Source of the DNA: Paracoccaceae bacterium
GTDB lineage: Bacteria > Pseudomonadota > Alphaproteobacteria > Rhodobacterales > Rhodobacteraceae
Reading direction: 5' to 3'
NCBI GenBank assembly: GCA_049662025.1
Contig: JBATAV010000419.1
Coordinates: 1 to 45,639, forward strand
Length of the DNA: 45,639 bases
Under the pieces are notes generated by a model. It ran no database searches and was not told where the DNA came from. It saw nothing but the letters and a program-made list of their open reading frames with translations. Below, in pieces: positions 10,159 through 19,189 of the stretch. Position numbers and translations under genes: made by a program. How positions within the stretch are numbered: position 1 is the first letter of the stretch; each line of letters starts with the position of its first letter.

Positions 10159-11691
10159 GTGCGCGGCCCGCACAACATCTGGCGGCTGGTCCGCACGCTG
10201 GCGACGCTGGAGCGGACCGGTGCCATCGTGCAGGTGCTGGAGGCGTTCAAGGCGCCGCCGCGCATTCGGGCGGTGGCGCGCATTCTGGGCTGGCCGTTCA
10301 AGGCGTTGGGCCTGCGGGGTGATCCGACGCTGCCGCCGCTGACGCGGGCACTGACGGCGCTGGGCCCGGCCTACATCAAGTTCGGGCAGGTGTTGTCGAC
10401 CCGCCCGGATATTGTGGGAGACGAGCTGGCGACCCAGTTGAAATACCTGCAGGACAAGCTGCCGCCGTTTGCCACCGATGTGGCAAAGTCGATGGTCGAG
10501 ACGGAGCTGCAAGTAACAGTGGCCGAGGTGTTTTCCGCCTTCTCAGAGCCTGTTGCGGCAGCCTCGATCGCACAGGTGCATAAGGCGCGGCTGGCCGATA
10601 CCGGCGAGGATGTGGCGGTCAAGGTGCTGCGCCCGAATATCGAACGCGCCTTCCGCAAGGATCTGGATGCCTTCTATCTGGCCGCCAAATGGATCGAGAT
10701 CCTGGCGCCGTTTTCCCGCCGCTTGCGGCCGATGGACGTGATCGCCCATTTCGAAGGCGTGGTGATGGGCGAGTTGGACCTGCGGCTGGAATGCTCGGCC
10801 GCGTCAGAGTTCGGCGCCAATACGGCAAAGGATGACGGGCTGATCGTGCCGAAGCCGTTCTGGCACCTGTCGGGGCGCCAGGTGATGACGATCGGTTGGG
10901 CCGAAGGGATCGGGCTGAACGATCTGGCGGCGATGGATGCAGTCGGGATTGACCGGCCCACCATCGCGGCGCGGGTGCTGACGCTGTTTCTGAACCATGC
11001 GCTGCGCGACGGATTCTTTCACGGCGACATGCATCAGGGCAACCTGAAGGTTACGCCTGGCGGCGACCTGATCGCCTATGACTTCGGCATCATGGGGCGG
11101 ATCGACGAATACACCCGCCGGGTCTATGCCGAAATTCTGTTGGGTTTCATCCGCAAGGATTATCGCCGCGTCGCCGAGGTGCATTTCGAGGCGGGCTATG
11201 TGCCGGCCGACCGCGATATCGACGAATTCGCGCGGGCCTTGCGCGCCGTTGGAGAGCCGATTTTCGGCATGGATGCCAGCCGAATCTCGATGGCGCGGCT
11301 GCTTTCGTATCTGTTCGAGGTGACCGAACGTTTCGGCATGGAAACGCGGACCGAGTTGATCCTGTTGCAACGGACCATGGTGGTGGTAGAGGGCGTGGCC
11401 CGCAGTCTGGACGCGCATATCAACATCTGGCAGGTCGCCCGCCCGGTGGTGGAGGGCTATGTGCGCAAGCATCTTGGCCCGCAGGCCGTGCTGCGCGATC
11501 TTGCGTTGACCGCAAGGGTACTGGCGCGTTTCGGGCCAAAACTGCCCGCTTTGGTCGAAGCGCAACTGATCCGCGCGGGCAACCCGGCCACGCCGCAAAA
11601 GCCGCTGCGTGGGCCAAAGGCGCGGTGGTGGCCTGCCTTGGCCATTGCGGCTGCGCTTGTGGCAGGTGTCTGGGTCGGCTGGCTGATCTGA
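10159..11691 (+). CDS. ubiB: UbiB/ABC1 kinase-like ubiquinone biosynthesis protein
   Basis: LGPAYIKFGQ, AAASIAQVH, VAVKV, FFHGDMHQGN, DFGIMG; directly follows ubiE. Confidence 0.96.
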   Translation: MRGPHNIWRLVRTLATLERTGAIVQVLEAFKAPPRIRAVARILGWPFKALGLRGDPTLPPLTRALTALGPAYIKFGQVLSTRPDIVGDELATQLKYLQDKLPPFATDVAKSMVETELQVTVAEVFSAFSEPVAAASIAQVHKARLADTGEDVAVKVLRPNIERAFRKDLDAFYLAAKWIEILAPFSRRLRPMDVIAHFEGVVMGELDLRLECSAASEFGANTAKDDGLIVPKPFWHLSGRQVMTIGWAEGIGLNDLAAMDAVGIDRPTIAARVLTLFLNHALRDGFFHGDMHQGNLKVTPGGDLIAYDFGIMGRIDEYTRRVYAEILLGFIRKDYRRVAEVHFEAGYVPADRDIDEFARALRAVGEPIFGMDASRISMARLLSYLFEVTERFGMETRTELILLQRTMVVVEGVARSLDAHINIWQVARPVVEGYVRKHLGPQAVLRDLALTARVLARFGPKLPALVEAQLIRAGNPATPQKPLRGPKARWWPALAIAAALVAGVWVGWLI

Positions 11692-12357
11692 TCAGCCCGG
11701 GGGAACCCGCAGAGCGGTGATGTCCGTGGCGGCGACTTCGATCCCGCCCTCGAAGACCAGCCGCACGCCGCCCGAACCCCCACGCGCCTCGATCACACGG
11801 CCGTAATATTCGACGGGGTCTTCCTGCAGCACTTCACCATCACGCCAGCTTTCCAGTGACAGGGTGTATTTGCCGTCGGGCAACGGGTCGCCCTGGGCAT
11901 CGCCGCCGAACCATGCGTAGGGTTCGGACGAAACCGGGATGTCTTCGCGCGAGACAGTGTTGCCGGCGGCGTTCCTGACGACGAGAACGGCACGATCAGC
12001 CGAATAGACCGGGTTGGGCGACAATGTCACCGGTTCGCCCGAGAACCAGACGGGGGCTGCGGCGCGCGCCTCTTGTCCGACCCATCCGGCCAGCTGCGAC
12101 ATGCCCATGAGCGAAAATTGGCTGGCCATTGCTTCAAGCAGCTGATTGGTTTTCGTCTGCTGTTCGACCCCCGAGAAAGTGGCAAGCTGCACCGCGTAGT
12201 CGGTGGAATCGATGGGGTTCAGCGGGTCCTGATTCTGCATCTGGACGGTCAGCATCCGCAGAAAGGTATTGAAGTCGGTGCCGCCAGGAGACGATCCGGA
12301 GCCTGTGCTGGCGGACCCGTAGGCGGAGGTGGCGGAAGAGGTGGCGGTGACGTCCAT
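11692..12357 (-). CDS. flgD: Flagellar hook capping protein FlgD
   Basis: FLRMLTVQMQNQDPLNP...QLATFSGVEQ; W.G.D..G..LPDGKY. Confidence 0.95.
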   Translation of the reverse strand: MDVTATSSATSAYGSASTGSGSSPGGTDFNTFLRMLTVQMQNQDPLNPIDSTDYAVQLATFSGVEQQTKTNQLLEAMASQFSLMGMSQLAGWVGQEARAAAPVWFSGEPVTLSPNPVYSADRAVLVVRNAAGNTVSREDIPVSSEPYAWFGGDAQGDPLPDGKYTLSLESWRDGEVLQEDPVEYYGRVIEARGGSGGVRLVFEGGIEVAATDITALRVPPG

Positions 12358-12364
12358 TTTGTCC

Positions 12365-14269
12365 TCAGATGCGAAGGTAAAGGCCCGTTACGGGAAGCGG
12401 TGGGCGGGTTGGTTCGGTGGAATGGGTGACTGTTGCCGGTGCGGTGTCGTCAGGCCGCGTCGGCGAAGCAGCCTGTGGTCGGTCATCAGTGCCCGGCCCG
12501 TCCCAGCGGCTGAAGCTGAGATCCAGCCCCTGATGGCCTGCGGCCCGCATTTCGGCCGAAAGCTGGTCGGCATGGCGGCGTAGCAGATCAAGCGTATCCC
12601 GCCGCTCGGCCGAAACGGTCATCACCAGGCGATCGCCGTCACTACGCAGGTCGATCCGGACATGACCCAGCTCTTCGGGGGAAAGCCGCAGTTCAGTGAC
12701 AGCATCCCCCGAGCTGGTAACGGCCTGAACGATCTGCACCGGTGCGGATGGCGGGGATATTGCGGCGGCCGTCGGCACCTCGGCGTGATGAACCTGTGCG
12801 ATGCGAGACGGATGCGCTACCAAGGCACCGACCTCGGCAGGTGGCGCGACAATTCCAGGTTGATCGGCCAGAGAACCTTTTGCGGTGGCAGGGGAAACTC
12901 TTGTCGTTTCCGCCATGTCAGAGCCGATCCCGGCCGATTGGCGGATCAAAGGCGGACGCCCCGAATCCGTCGGCAAGACGGCGTCAGGCACCTCTGCTTC
13001 TGGTGGTGCAGCAGCGGACTTGCCAACTGCAACCGACGGAATGACCGTGGAGGATGGGCCGGGCTTGGCTGGCTGCGGATCTGCGTTTTCAGTCGTCAAA
13101 TCAGCGGTCACAGTCAGCCAGAGCGAGCGGAGCAGACGTTCTCCACCGGAAACGGTAGCGTGCGATGGCTTTGAAACCAGAATCGCGGAAGTCGGCAGGG
13201 AGCCGCCCTCGACAAACTCCGCGAGGCCGGTTTCTATCTTTGCCGGATCTGCGGTTGGTTCGATCGTCACGCCAACCCTGCGCACTTGTGCGGGAATCGG
13301 CGCCTGGCCCGTAGCCGGGGGGGCGTGCCCAGTGGTGGAGCGGGGCTTCGCTTCGCCGGCCGTGCTGCGATCGGCGCGCTCGGCCGGCAACTTCTCGGAA
13401 CGAAGCGCGGTGTTGTGCAAGGTGTCAGGGACCTGTTGGCCTGACCTGGCGGGGCGGACTTCGGCCGGCGGCGGCGTGGAGGAAACGGCGCCCCCCCCCT
13501 TCCCCGAAGGCGACGGCGCGTGATCAGCGACCAGCGCGAGTCTGGCGACTGCCAGACCAGTATCGGAGCCTGGCGCCGCGGCCTGTGCCGGGTGCGGAGC
13601 GGAGGCCGGACAGACCGTCGGCGACAAGGTTCCGTCAGGCTGGATTGTCGTGTCGACGGACGGCGAAGGTGTAACGCGGACGGCGGCGGCGAAGGGCCCT
13701 GATGGTGCGGGTGCATGACCCGGCCGGGAAGCGGGGACCGACTGCCGCACCGCCTGATCCGGCAGCTGTTCGGTCCTTGCAACGGGCGGCGGAATTGGCA
13801 GCCCACAAGCGGGCAGTGCCGCAAGCATGACCAGGGCAACATCGGCAGCGAATGTCTCTGAGTCGCCGGAATGATCGATATCTTCCGGTCCGGTCGCCGG
13901 CACTTTGGCCGGGTCGGAATCAGGAATCCCGCAGCTGTCGACCGGTTCGTCCCGCAGTGGTGCCACCACGTCGACCGGTTGGGCAGCCAAAGGCACCGCG
14001 ACGGCGACCTGGACGATCTGCTGCGGGGCCGGAGGTTCCGCCGCCATGCCGGAGAGGACCGACATCAGCGAAAGACCTTCATCCATCGGCAAGGTTGGAA
14101 GAAAGGCCGAAGAAGGCGTCAACACGGCCAGAGGTAAGTCGTCGCCCGTCATCCCGGCGAGCAGCCCGAAGATATCAGCGGCGGCAGCGGTGACCATGCC
14201 CGCGTCGGCAGCCCCCGGCACGGTGGCCTGGGCAGGGACAAAACCGGAAAGATTCAAGACTTGTGTCAT
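12365..14269 (-). CDS. fliK: Flagellar hook-length control protein FliK
   Basis: Long Pro/Ala-rich region then ELRLSPEELGHVRI...AERRDTLDLLRR; directly upstream of flgD; start uncertain. Confidence 0.85.
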   Translation of the reverse strand: MTQVLNLSGFVPAQATVPGAADAGMVTAAAADIFGLLAGMTGDDLPLAVLTPSSAFLPTLPMDEGLSLMSVLSGMAAEPPAPQQIVQVAVAVPLAAQPVDVVAPLRDEPVDSCGIPDSDPAKVPATGPEDIDHSGDSETFAADVALVMLAALPACGLPIPPPVARTEQLPDQAVRQSVPASRPGHAPAPSGPFAAAVRVTPSPSVDTTIQPDGTLSPTVCPASAPHPAQAAAPGSDTGLAVARLALVADHAPSPSGKGGGAVSSTPPPAEVRPARSGQQVPDTLHNTALRSEKLPAERADRSTAGEAKPRSTTGHAPPATGQAPIPAQVRRVGVTIEPTADPAKIETGLAEFVEGGSLPTSAILVSKPSHATVSGGERLLRSLWLTVTADLTTENADPQPAKPGPSSTVIPSVAVGKSAAAPPEAEVPDAVLPTDSGRPPLIRQSAGIGSDMAETTRVSPATAKGSLADQPGIVAPPAEVGALVAHPSRIAQVHHAEVPTAAAISPPSAPVQIVQAVTSSGDAVTELRLSPEELGHVRIDLRSDGDRLVMTVSAERRDTLDLLRRHADQLSAEMRAAGHQGLDLSFSRWDGPGTDDRPQAASPTRPDDTAPATVTHSTEPTRPPLPVTGLYLRI

Positions 14270-14316
14270 ATGCCTTCGACTTCTGCCGGGACTGACACCT
14301 TTCTCTTCGCAACGGA

Positions 14317-14331
14317 TTACCACTTCTTTAC
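14317..14331. promoter_or_regulatory. Degenerate CtrA-like box in the fliK/flgJ divergent region
   Basis: TTAC-CACTTCT-TTAC (consensus TTAA-N7-TTAA). Confidence 0.4.
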
Positions 14332-14380
14332 CGATACAGCGAATAGTTGGAAAAATCCGAACGACCGAAAGGAGCTGGAG

Positions 14381-14677
14381 ATGGACGGAATACGCTCAAT
14401 TGCACCCTCGATCGGGCCTCTGTCAGGCGCGCAGGCCGACCGCGACAGTGCGCTAATGACTAAAGCGAAAGAGCTTGAAGCCTCGTTTCTGGCTGAAATG
14501 CTTGGGCACGCCGGAATGGATGCCGACCCCGATGGCTATTTCGGCGGTGGAGTCGGGGAAGAGCAGTTTGCCTCGTTCCTGCGACAGGAAGAGGCGCGAA
14601 TGATGGTTGAGCGGGGCGGAATCGGTCTGGCCGAATCGCTGTTCCGCGCCATGGGTGGAGGGGAAGGAAATGGCTGA
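14381..14677 (+). CDS. flgJ: Rod-binding protein, single-domain FlgJ-like
   Basis: AKELEASFLAEML...FGGGVGEEQFASFL...GGIGLAESL; GGAG RBS. Confidence 0.85.
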   Translation: MDGIRSIAPSIGPLSGAQADRDSALMTKAKELEASFLAEMLGHAGMDADPDGYFGGGVGEEQFASFLRQEEARMMVERGGIGLAESLFRAMGGGEGNG

Positions 14678-14996
14678 TTTCGCGGGGCTTGAGACGATTC
14701 TCGACGAAACTCTCGCCGCCCTGAAAGCGGGAGACCTGCCCGGGCTGTCTGACCTTTCGGAGCGCGCTGAAGCCGCTTTGGCGGCCCAAAGCCCCTGCGA
14801 CGCTGTCCTTGCCAGCCGGTTGCTGTCCAAGGCGCAACGCAATGAGCGGATGATCACGGCCGCCATGAAGGGCGTGAAGGCCGCGCGCCAGAGGGTGCAG
14901 GACCTGACGACGACCGGGCGGTTTTCCACCTATGACGCCGGCGGCCACCGCGACCAGGTGGGCGTTGCCCCGTCGCTTCCGTCGCGGCGCGTTTGA
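14670..14996 (+). CDS. FlgN-like flagellar chaperone
   Basis: Helical 108 aa with RNERMI.AA..GV and a C-terminal TYD.GG; lies between flgJ and flagellin. Confidence 0.65.
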   Translation: MADFAGLETILDETLAALKAGDLPGLSDLSERAEAALAAQSPCDAVLASRLLSKAQRNERMITAAMKGVKAARQRVQDLTTTGRFSTYDAGGHRDQVGVAPSLPSRRV

Positions 14997-15051
14997 TCGA
15001 GACGGGTCGCATCAAATGCGCGGGATATTGAGCGGTTCGGAGGAGCGGAGA

Positions 15052-15067
15052 TTCAGGTTTTGGTAAC
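15052..15067 (+). promoter_or_regulatory. Degenerate CtrA-like box upstream of flagellin
   Basis: TTCA-GGTTTTG-GTAAC, overlapping a GANTC site (15050-15054). Confidence 0.4.
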
Positions 15068-15216
15068 CCCCGCCGCCGCATCGTGACTTTCGCATCCCAT
15101 GACGGGATGGCGCCGCCGGGCGATCCGTCGGCAACGGCCAGAATGCTGCTACAGCCGCCACCCGCGGCAAGACATGCTCCGCGCAAAGCGCCGGAAGCCA
15201 AGGAAGGAATGAAGGA

Positions 15217-16446
15217 ATGTCGTCAGTTCTGACAAATACCAGCGCAATGGTCGCCCTGCAGTCGATGAAGAGCGTCAATGCCAGCATGAACAAGGTCCAG
15301 TCCGAAATCTCGACTGGCAAGTCTGTGGGATCGGCCAAGGACAACGCCGCGGTCTGGGCCATCTCGAAGGTCATGGAATCGGACGTGAAGGGCTTCAAGG
15401 GTATCTCCGACAGCCTCGCCCTGGGATCTTCGACGATTACGGTCGCTCGCAAGGCCTCGGAAGCGGTGACGGACCTTCTGACCGAGATGAAGGGCAAGAT
15501 CGTTGCCGCCCAGAACGACAACGTCGACCGGACAAAGATCCAATCCGACATCGACAAGCTGGTCCAGCAGGTCAACACGGTGGTCGGGTCGGCTCAGTTC
15601 AACGGCCTGAACCTGGTGAACGGCTCGCAGTCGACCGTGGATATCCTGTCGTCTCTGGATCGCAGCGGGACCGGTGTCACGGCGTCGTCGATCACGGTGA
15701 ACGCGCAGAACCTGGCGACCGGTGGCTATGTCACGAACGACGTGTTTTCGGCTTCGACCGGCGGCACAATCTCGACCGGTGCAGACACCTTCGTTCTGGC
15801 GCTTGACCAGGGCGGCGGGGCCGATGACATCACCATCGCCGACGGCACCAATGCCTGGGTCGCCGGTGACAAGATCTCGATCCGGATCGGCAACATGGAA
15901 GCGTCGTATACGGTTTCCGCGAATGACGTGGATACAGCCAATGCTTCGCTGGCCTCGACCGTACCGGACATGATCGCAGTCGGTCTGAAGAATGCCATCG
16001 ACGGGCTGGGTATCAGCGGCCTGACGGTCAACTTTGACAGTGCCAACCCGGGCCAGCTGGCCTTCGTCAATGACGGGACCAAGGACTTGTCGGTGAGCGG
16101 CCAGTACAAGAACGCGGGCTCCGGTGGCCTGGGCGCGTTGTCGTCGATCGACGTGTCGACTTCCTCGAACGCCAAGACGGCGCTGGGGTCGATCGAAAGC
16201 ATGTTGCAGATCTCGATCGATGCGGCGGCTGAATTCGGTTCCGCCCAGACGCGGATCGACATTCAGTCGAATTTTGTGAGCGAGCTGTCGGATGCGTTGA
16301 AGGCCGGGATCGGAACCCTGGTCGATGCCGACATGGAAGAGGCAAGCGCGCGACTGCAGGCGTTGCAGGTGCAGCAGCAGCTTGGCATCCAGGCACTTTC
16401 GATCGCCAACCAGCAGCCGCAGAACCTGCTGTCGCTGTTCCGGTAA
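15217..16446 (+). CDS. fliC: Flagellin
   Basis: SSVLTNTSAMVALQ, ISTGKSVGSAKDNAAVW, AQFNGLNL, LVDADMEEASARLQALQVQQQLG...LSLFR. Confidence 0.97.
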   Translation: MSSVLTNTSAMVALQSMKSVNASMNKVQSEISTGKSVGSAKDNAAVWAISKVMESDVKGFKGISDSLALGSSTITVARKASEAVTDLLTEMKGKIVAAQNDNVDRTKIQSDIDKLVQQVNTVVGSAQFNGLNLVNGSQSTVDILSSLDRSGTGVTASSITVNAQNLATGGYVTNDVFSASTGGTISTGADTFVLALDQGGGADDITIADGTNAWVAGDKISIRIGNMEASYTVSANDVDTANASLASTVPDMIAVGLKNAIDGLGISGLTVNFDSANPGQLAFVNDGTKDLSVSGQYKNAGSGGLGALSSIDVSTSSNAKTALGSIESMLQISIDAAAEFGSAQTRIDIQSNFVSELSDALKAGIGTLVDADMEEASARLQALQVQQQLGIQALSIANQQPQNLLSLFR

Positions 16447-16454
16447 GGAAAATC

Positions 16455-16476
16455 GCCGGGGTCTTTGGGCCCCGGC
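16455..16476 (+). terminator. Hairpin after flagellin (terminator or mRNA-stabilising stem)
   Basis: GCCGGGGTC-TTTG-GGCCCCGGC followed by a weak pyrimidine tract. Confidence 0.55.
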
Positions 16477-16517
16477 ACTCCTTTCCTTGATCCACCCCAT
16501 AGCCGGAACACCTTGAC

Positions 16518-16889
16518 ATGACCCCTTATTCGAACCTCGCCTATGCCCAGCCGACCGCGCCCACAAGGACGCCTCGCGCAGCCGAATATGAAGTGATCGC
16601 AAGGATCACCCAGCGGCTTTCGTCAACCGCGGCGCGGCGAAAGCAAAACCATCCCGCCTTCATCGAAGCCTTGGCCGAGAATGAGCAACTTTGGTCGACC
16701 CTGGCGGCCGATGTGGCCGATGATGGCAACGGACTGCCGCAAGCCCTTCGGGCGCGCCTATTCTATCTTTATCAGTTCACCGCAGAGCACAGCCGCAAGG
16801 TGCGCGCTGACTCCGCCAACCCGGAAGTTCTGGTCGAGATCAACACCGCCGTCCTACGTGGCCTACGCGGCGAAGGAGCGCCCGCATGA
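16518..16889 (+). CDS. flaF: Flagellar biosynthesis regulator FlaF
   Basis: AL.ENEQLWSTLAADVA...NGLPQALRARLFYL...LVEINTAVLRGL. Confidence 0.93.
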   Translation: MTPYSNLAYAQPTAPTRTPRAAEYEVIARITQRLSSTAARRKQNHPAFIEALAENEQLWSTLAADVADDGNGLPQALRARLFYLYQFTAEHSRKVRADSANPEVLVEINTAVLRGLRGEGAPA

Positions 16890-17290
16890 GTGGCCTTGTC
16901 CTGAAATTGGGTCCTCATGAGCGTGTCCTGATCAATGGCGCGGTAATCGAGAACGGTGACAAGCGGTCGCGGCTGGCAATCATGACGCCGAATGCCAACA
17001 TCCTGCGGTTGCGCGATGCTATTCATCCCGAAGAGGCCAATACGCCGGTTCGCAGGGTGTGCTACATCGCGCAGCTGGTGCTGTCGGGCGATGCAGATGC
17101 CGCTGATACCCGACATCAGCTCTTGCGCGGTATCGAGCAGCTGAGCCAGGTGTTGACAGACTCGGACAGCCGGACCCTGCTGACGCAGGCCAGTGCGGCG
17201 GTGCTGGAAGATCAGCATTACCAGGCCCTGAAGGCATTGCGTGGGCTGCTGCCCCGTGAAGAGCGGCTTATGGCCGCCGGCCGCGCATGA
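16886..17290 (+). CDS. flbT: Flagellar biosynthesis repressor FlbT
   Basis: MSGLVLKLGPHERVLINGAVIENGD...ILRLRDAIHPEEANTPVRRVCY...YQALKALR. Confidence 0.95.
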   Translation: MSGLVLKLGPHERVLINGAVIENGDKRSRLAIMTPNANILRLRDAIHPEEANTPVRRVCYIAQLVLSGDADAADTRHQLLRGIEQLSQVLTDSDSRTLLTQASAAVLEDQHYQALKALRGLLPREERLMAAGRA

Positions 17291-18081
17291 CCTTCCAGCC
17301 GGTCATACCCTTTGGCGGTTTTGCCGGCTGGGCCTTTCTGAAGCGCACCATGACCACGCAGCAGGCTGCGCTTCAGGCTTCGTCCACCAACCAACGAGAC
17401 GAGGCCTATTTCCGGGAGAAAATCGGCAAGATCGAGACTGCGGACGATCTGGTTTCGGACCGGCGACTGCTTCGGGTGGCGTTGACCGCATACGGGCTGG
17501 AGGGAGACATCAACAACAAGGCCTTCATCCGCAAGGTCCTGGAAGACGGGACGTTGAAGGAAGGCGCGTTGTCCGGCCGCCTGGCGAACAAGCAATACGA
17601 AAAGTTCTCGGCGGCCTTCGGTTTTGGAGATTTCTCGGTACCGCGGTCGCAACTGTCCGATTTCGCCGACAAGACTCTCGCGCTTTACCAGGCAAGGCAG
17701 TTCGAATCGGCGGTGGGAGAGCAGAACAATGGCTTTCGCCTGGCACTGAATACCGAACGCGAACTGGGTTCGCTGGCCGCAAAAAGCGGCAGCGAAGATA
17801 CCAAATGGTTCACCGTCATGGGCAATGCACCATTAAGGCAGACCTTTCAGACGGCCCTTGGCTTGCCATCCAGCTTTGCGTCGATTGATCTGGACCAACA
17901 GTTGAGCGTCTTGAAAAGTCGGGCGGAATCCTTGTTCGGGGACGACAGCATCAGCCAGTTCACGGATCCGGACAAGATGACCAAACTGGTACGCACCTAT
18001 CTGGCGCGGAGCGAGATCTCGAACATCGCGTCACCCACCGCCTCGGCCTCGGTCGCACTGCAGCTGCTGCGAGGCGGGTGA
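17287..18081 (+). CDS. DUF1217-family flagellar-cluster protein
   Basis: YFREKIGKI..ADDLV.DRRLL.VAL.AYGLE.D, FGF, ALGLPSSF..IDLDQQ; downstream of flbT. Confidence 0.85.
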   Translation: MTFQPVIPFGGFAGWAFLKRTMTTQQAALQASSTNQRDEAYFREKIGKIETADDLVSDRRLLRVALTAYGLEGDINNKAFIRKVLEDGTLKEGALSGRLANKQYEKFSAAFGFGDFSVPRSQLSDFADKTLALYQARQFESAVGEQNNGFRLALNTERELGSLAAKSGSEDTKWFTVMGNAPLRQTFQTALGLPSSFASIDLDQQLSVLKSRAESLFGDDSISQFTDPDKMTKLVRTYLARSEISNIASPTASASVALQLLRGG

Positions 18082-18088
18082 GTCCAGC

Positions 18089-18131
18089 TGACCAGAGACC
18101 CGTTTCCTCCTCCATTTTGAGGTAGAATCCG
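18089..18131 (+). repeat. IS left inverted repeat
   Basis: TGACCAGAGACCCGTTTCCTCCTCCATTTTGAGGTAGAATCCG. Confidence 0.9.
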
Positions 18132-18188
18132 CTCCGAACGAGGAGACGGAGAATGAAGCGATCGAGGTTCAGCGAGGAGCAGATCATC

Positions 18189-18229
18189 CATTGCCCGGCA
18201 GGCGATTGCAAAGCAATCTGCCGAGAGGG
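18189..18229 (+). repeat. Hairpin micro-insertion, class A copy 1 (41 bp)
   Basis: CATTGCCCGGCAG-GCGATTGC-AAA-GCAATCTGC-CGAGAGGG between codons ATC and GCG. Confidence 0.9.
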
Positions 18230-18313
18230 GCGATGCTCAAGGAGCAGGAGGCCGGCATGTCGACGGTCGATGTCTGCCGGAAGCACGGGGTGAGCAGTGC
18301 GACCTTCTACAAA

Positions 18314-18357
18314 TAGTCGATCATTGGAACGCCATTGGTCCGAGAGACAATGTCGAC
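18314..18357 (+). repeat. Hairpin micro-insertion, class B copy 1 (net +38 bp)
   Basis: TA-GTCGATCATTG-GAAC-GCCATTGGTCCGAG-AGA-CAATGTCGAC in place of the expected Trp-Lys codons; creates an in-frame TAG. Confidence 0.85.
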
Positions 18358-18456
18358 GCGAAGTATGGCGGCCTGGAAGTGTCGGACGCACGGCGGCTGC
18401 GGGCCCTTGAGGACGAGAACGGCAAGCTGAAGAAGCTTCTGGCCGAGGCGATGCTG

Positions 18457-18499
18457 GAGCGAGACCTTGTCCGCCATTGGTCCGAGGACAATGTCGAGC
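18457..18499 (+). repeat. Hairpin micro-insertion, class B copy 2 (net +37 bp)
   Basis: GAGCGA-GACCTTGTCC-GCCATTGGTCCGA-GGACAATGTC-GAGC in place of the expected Asp-Asn codons. Confidence 0.85.
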
Positions 18500-18522
18500 G
18501 CCATCCTGAAGGATGGCGCGAC

Positions 18523-18529
18523 AAAAAAA
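18523..18529 (+). other. A7 slippery site at the orfA/orfB overlap (-1 frameshift signal)
   Basis: ACAAAAAAATGGTAG; orfB begins in the -1 frame, the usual IS3 arrangement. Confidence 0.75.
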
Positions 18530-18722
18530 TGGTAGCGCCCGGCGTCAGACGGGAAGCGGTGGCCCAGGCTTGTGCGACGCACGGTGTGAGCCAGCGTCGG
18601 GCGTGCCAGGCTTTGGCCGTGGACCGATCGAGCGTGCGGTATCGCAGTATCCGGCCGGACGATTCCGATGCGCGGTCCGCGATGAAGGCCGTGGCGGGCG
18701 AACGGCGACGGTTCGGTTATCC

Positions 18723-18760
18723 CGTTGCCCGGCAGGTGATGCTTTGCATCACCGAGAGGG
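18723..18760 (+). repeat. Hairpin micro-insertion, class A copy 2 (38 bp, boundary +/-1)
   Basis: CGTTGCCCGGCAG-GTGATGC-TTT-GCATCAC-CGAGAGGG within the FGY-R-RIH motif. Confidence 0.9.
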
Positions 18761-19189
18761 GCGCATCCATGTGATGCTGGAGCGGCTGGGGATCGTGATG
18801 AACCTCAAGAAGCTGCGGCGGCTCTATCGAGAAGAACGGCTGCAAGTGCGCCGTCGGGGCGGTCGCAAACGGGCCTTGGGAACGCGGCGGCCGATGTTGG
18901 TGCCCGATGCGCCGAACGTGCGCTGGAGCCTCGACTTCGTCAGCGATGCGCTGACGGACGGTCGGCGGTTCCGTGTCCTCGCGGTGGTCGATGATCACAC
19001 GCGAGAATGCCTGACCTTGGTCGCCGATACCTCCCTGTCGGGCCAGCGCGTCGTTCGTGAACTGGACGCCGTGATCGCCCGTCGGGGCCGTCCCGCGATG
19101 GTTGTTTCCGACAATGGCACCGAACTGACTTCGATGGCCGTCCTGGCTTGGTGCCAGCGCACCGGGATCGACTGGCACTACATCGCGCC

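Larger units (their letters stand above)
18153..18535 (+). pseudogene. IS3 OrfA (HTH) broken by three insertions
   Basis: Reconstructs to MKRSRFSEEQII|AMLKEQEAGMSTVDVCRKHGVSSATFYK|(WK)AKYGGLEVSDARRLRALEDENGKLKKLLAEAML|(DN)AILKDGATKKW*, 88 aa; bracketed residues are inferred from family consensus. Confidence 0.92.

Noticed and set aside
15223..16602. 459-aa minus-strand ORF
   Set aside because: Antisense shadow of flagellin
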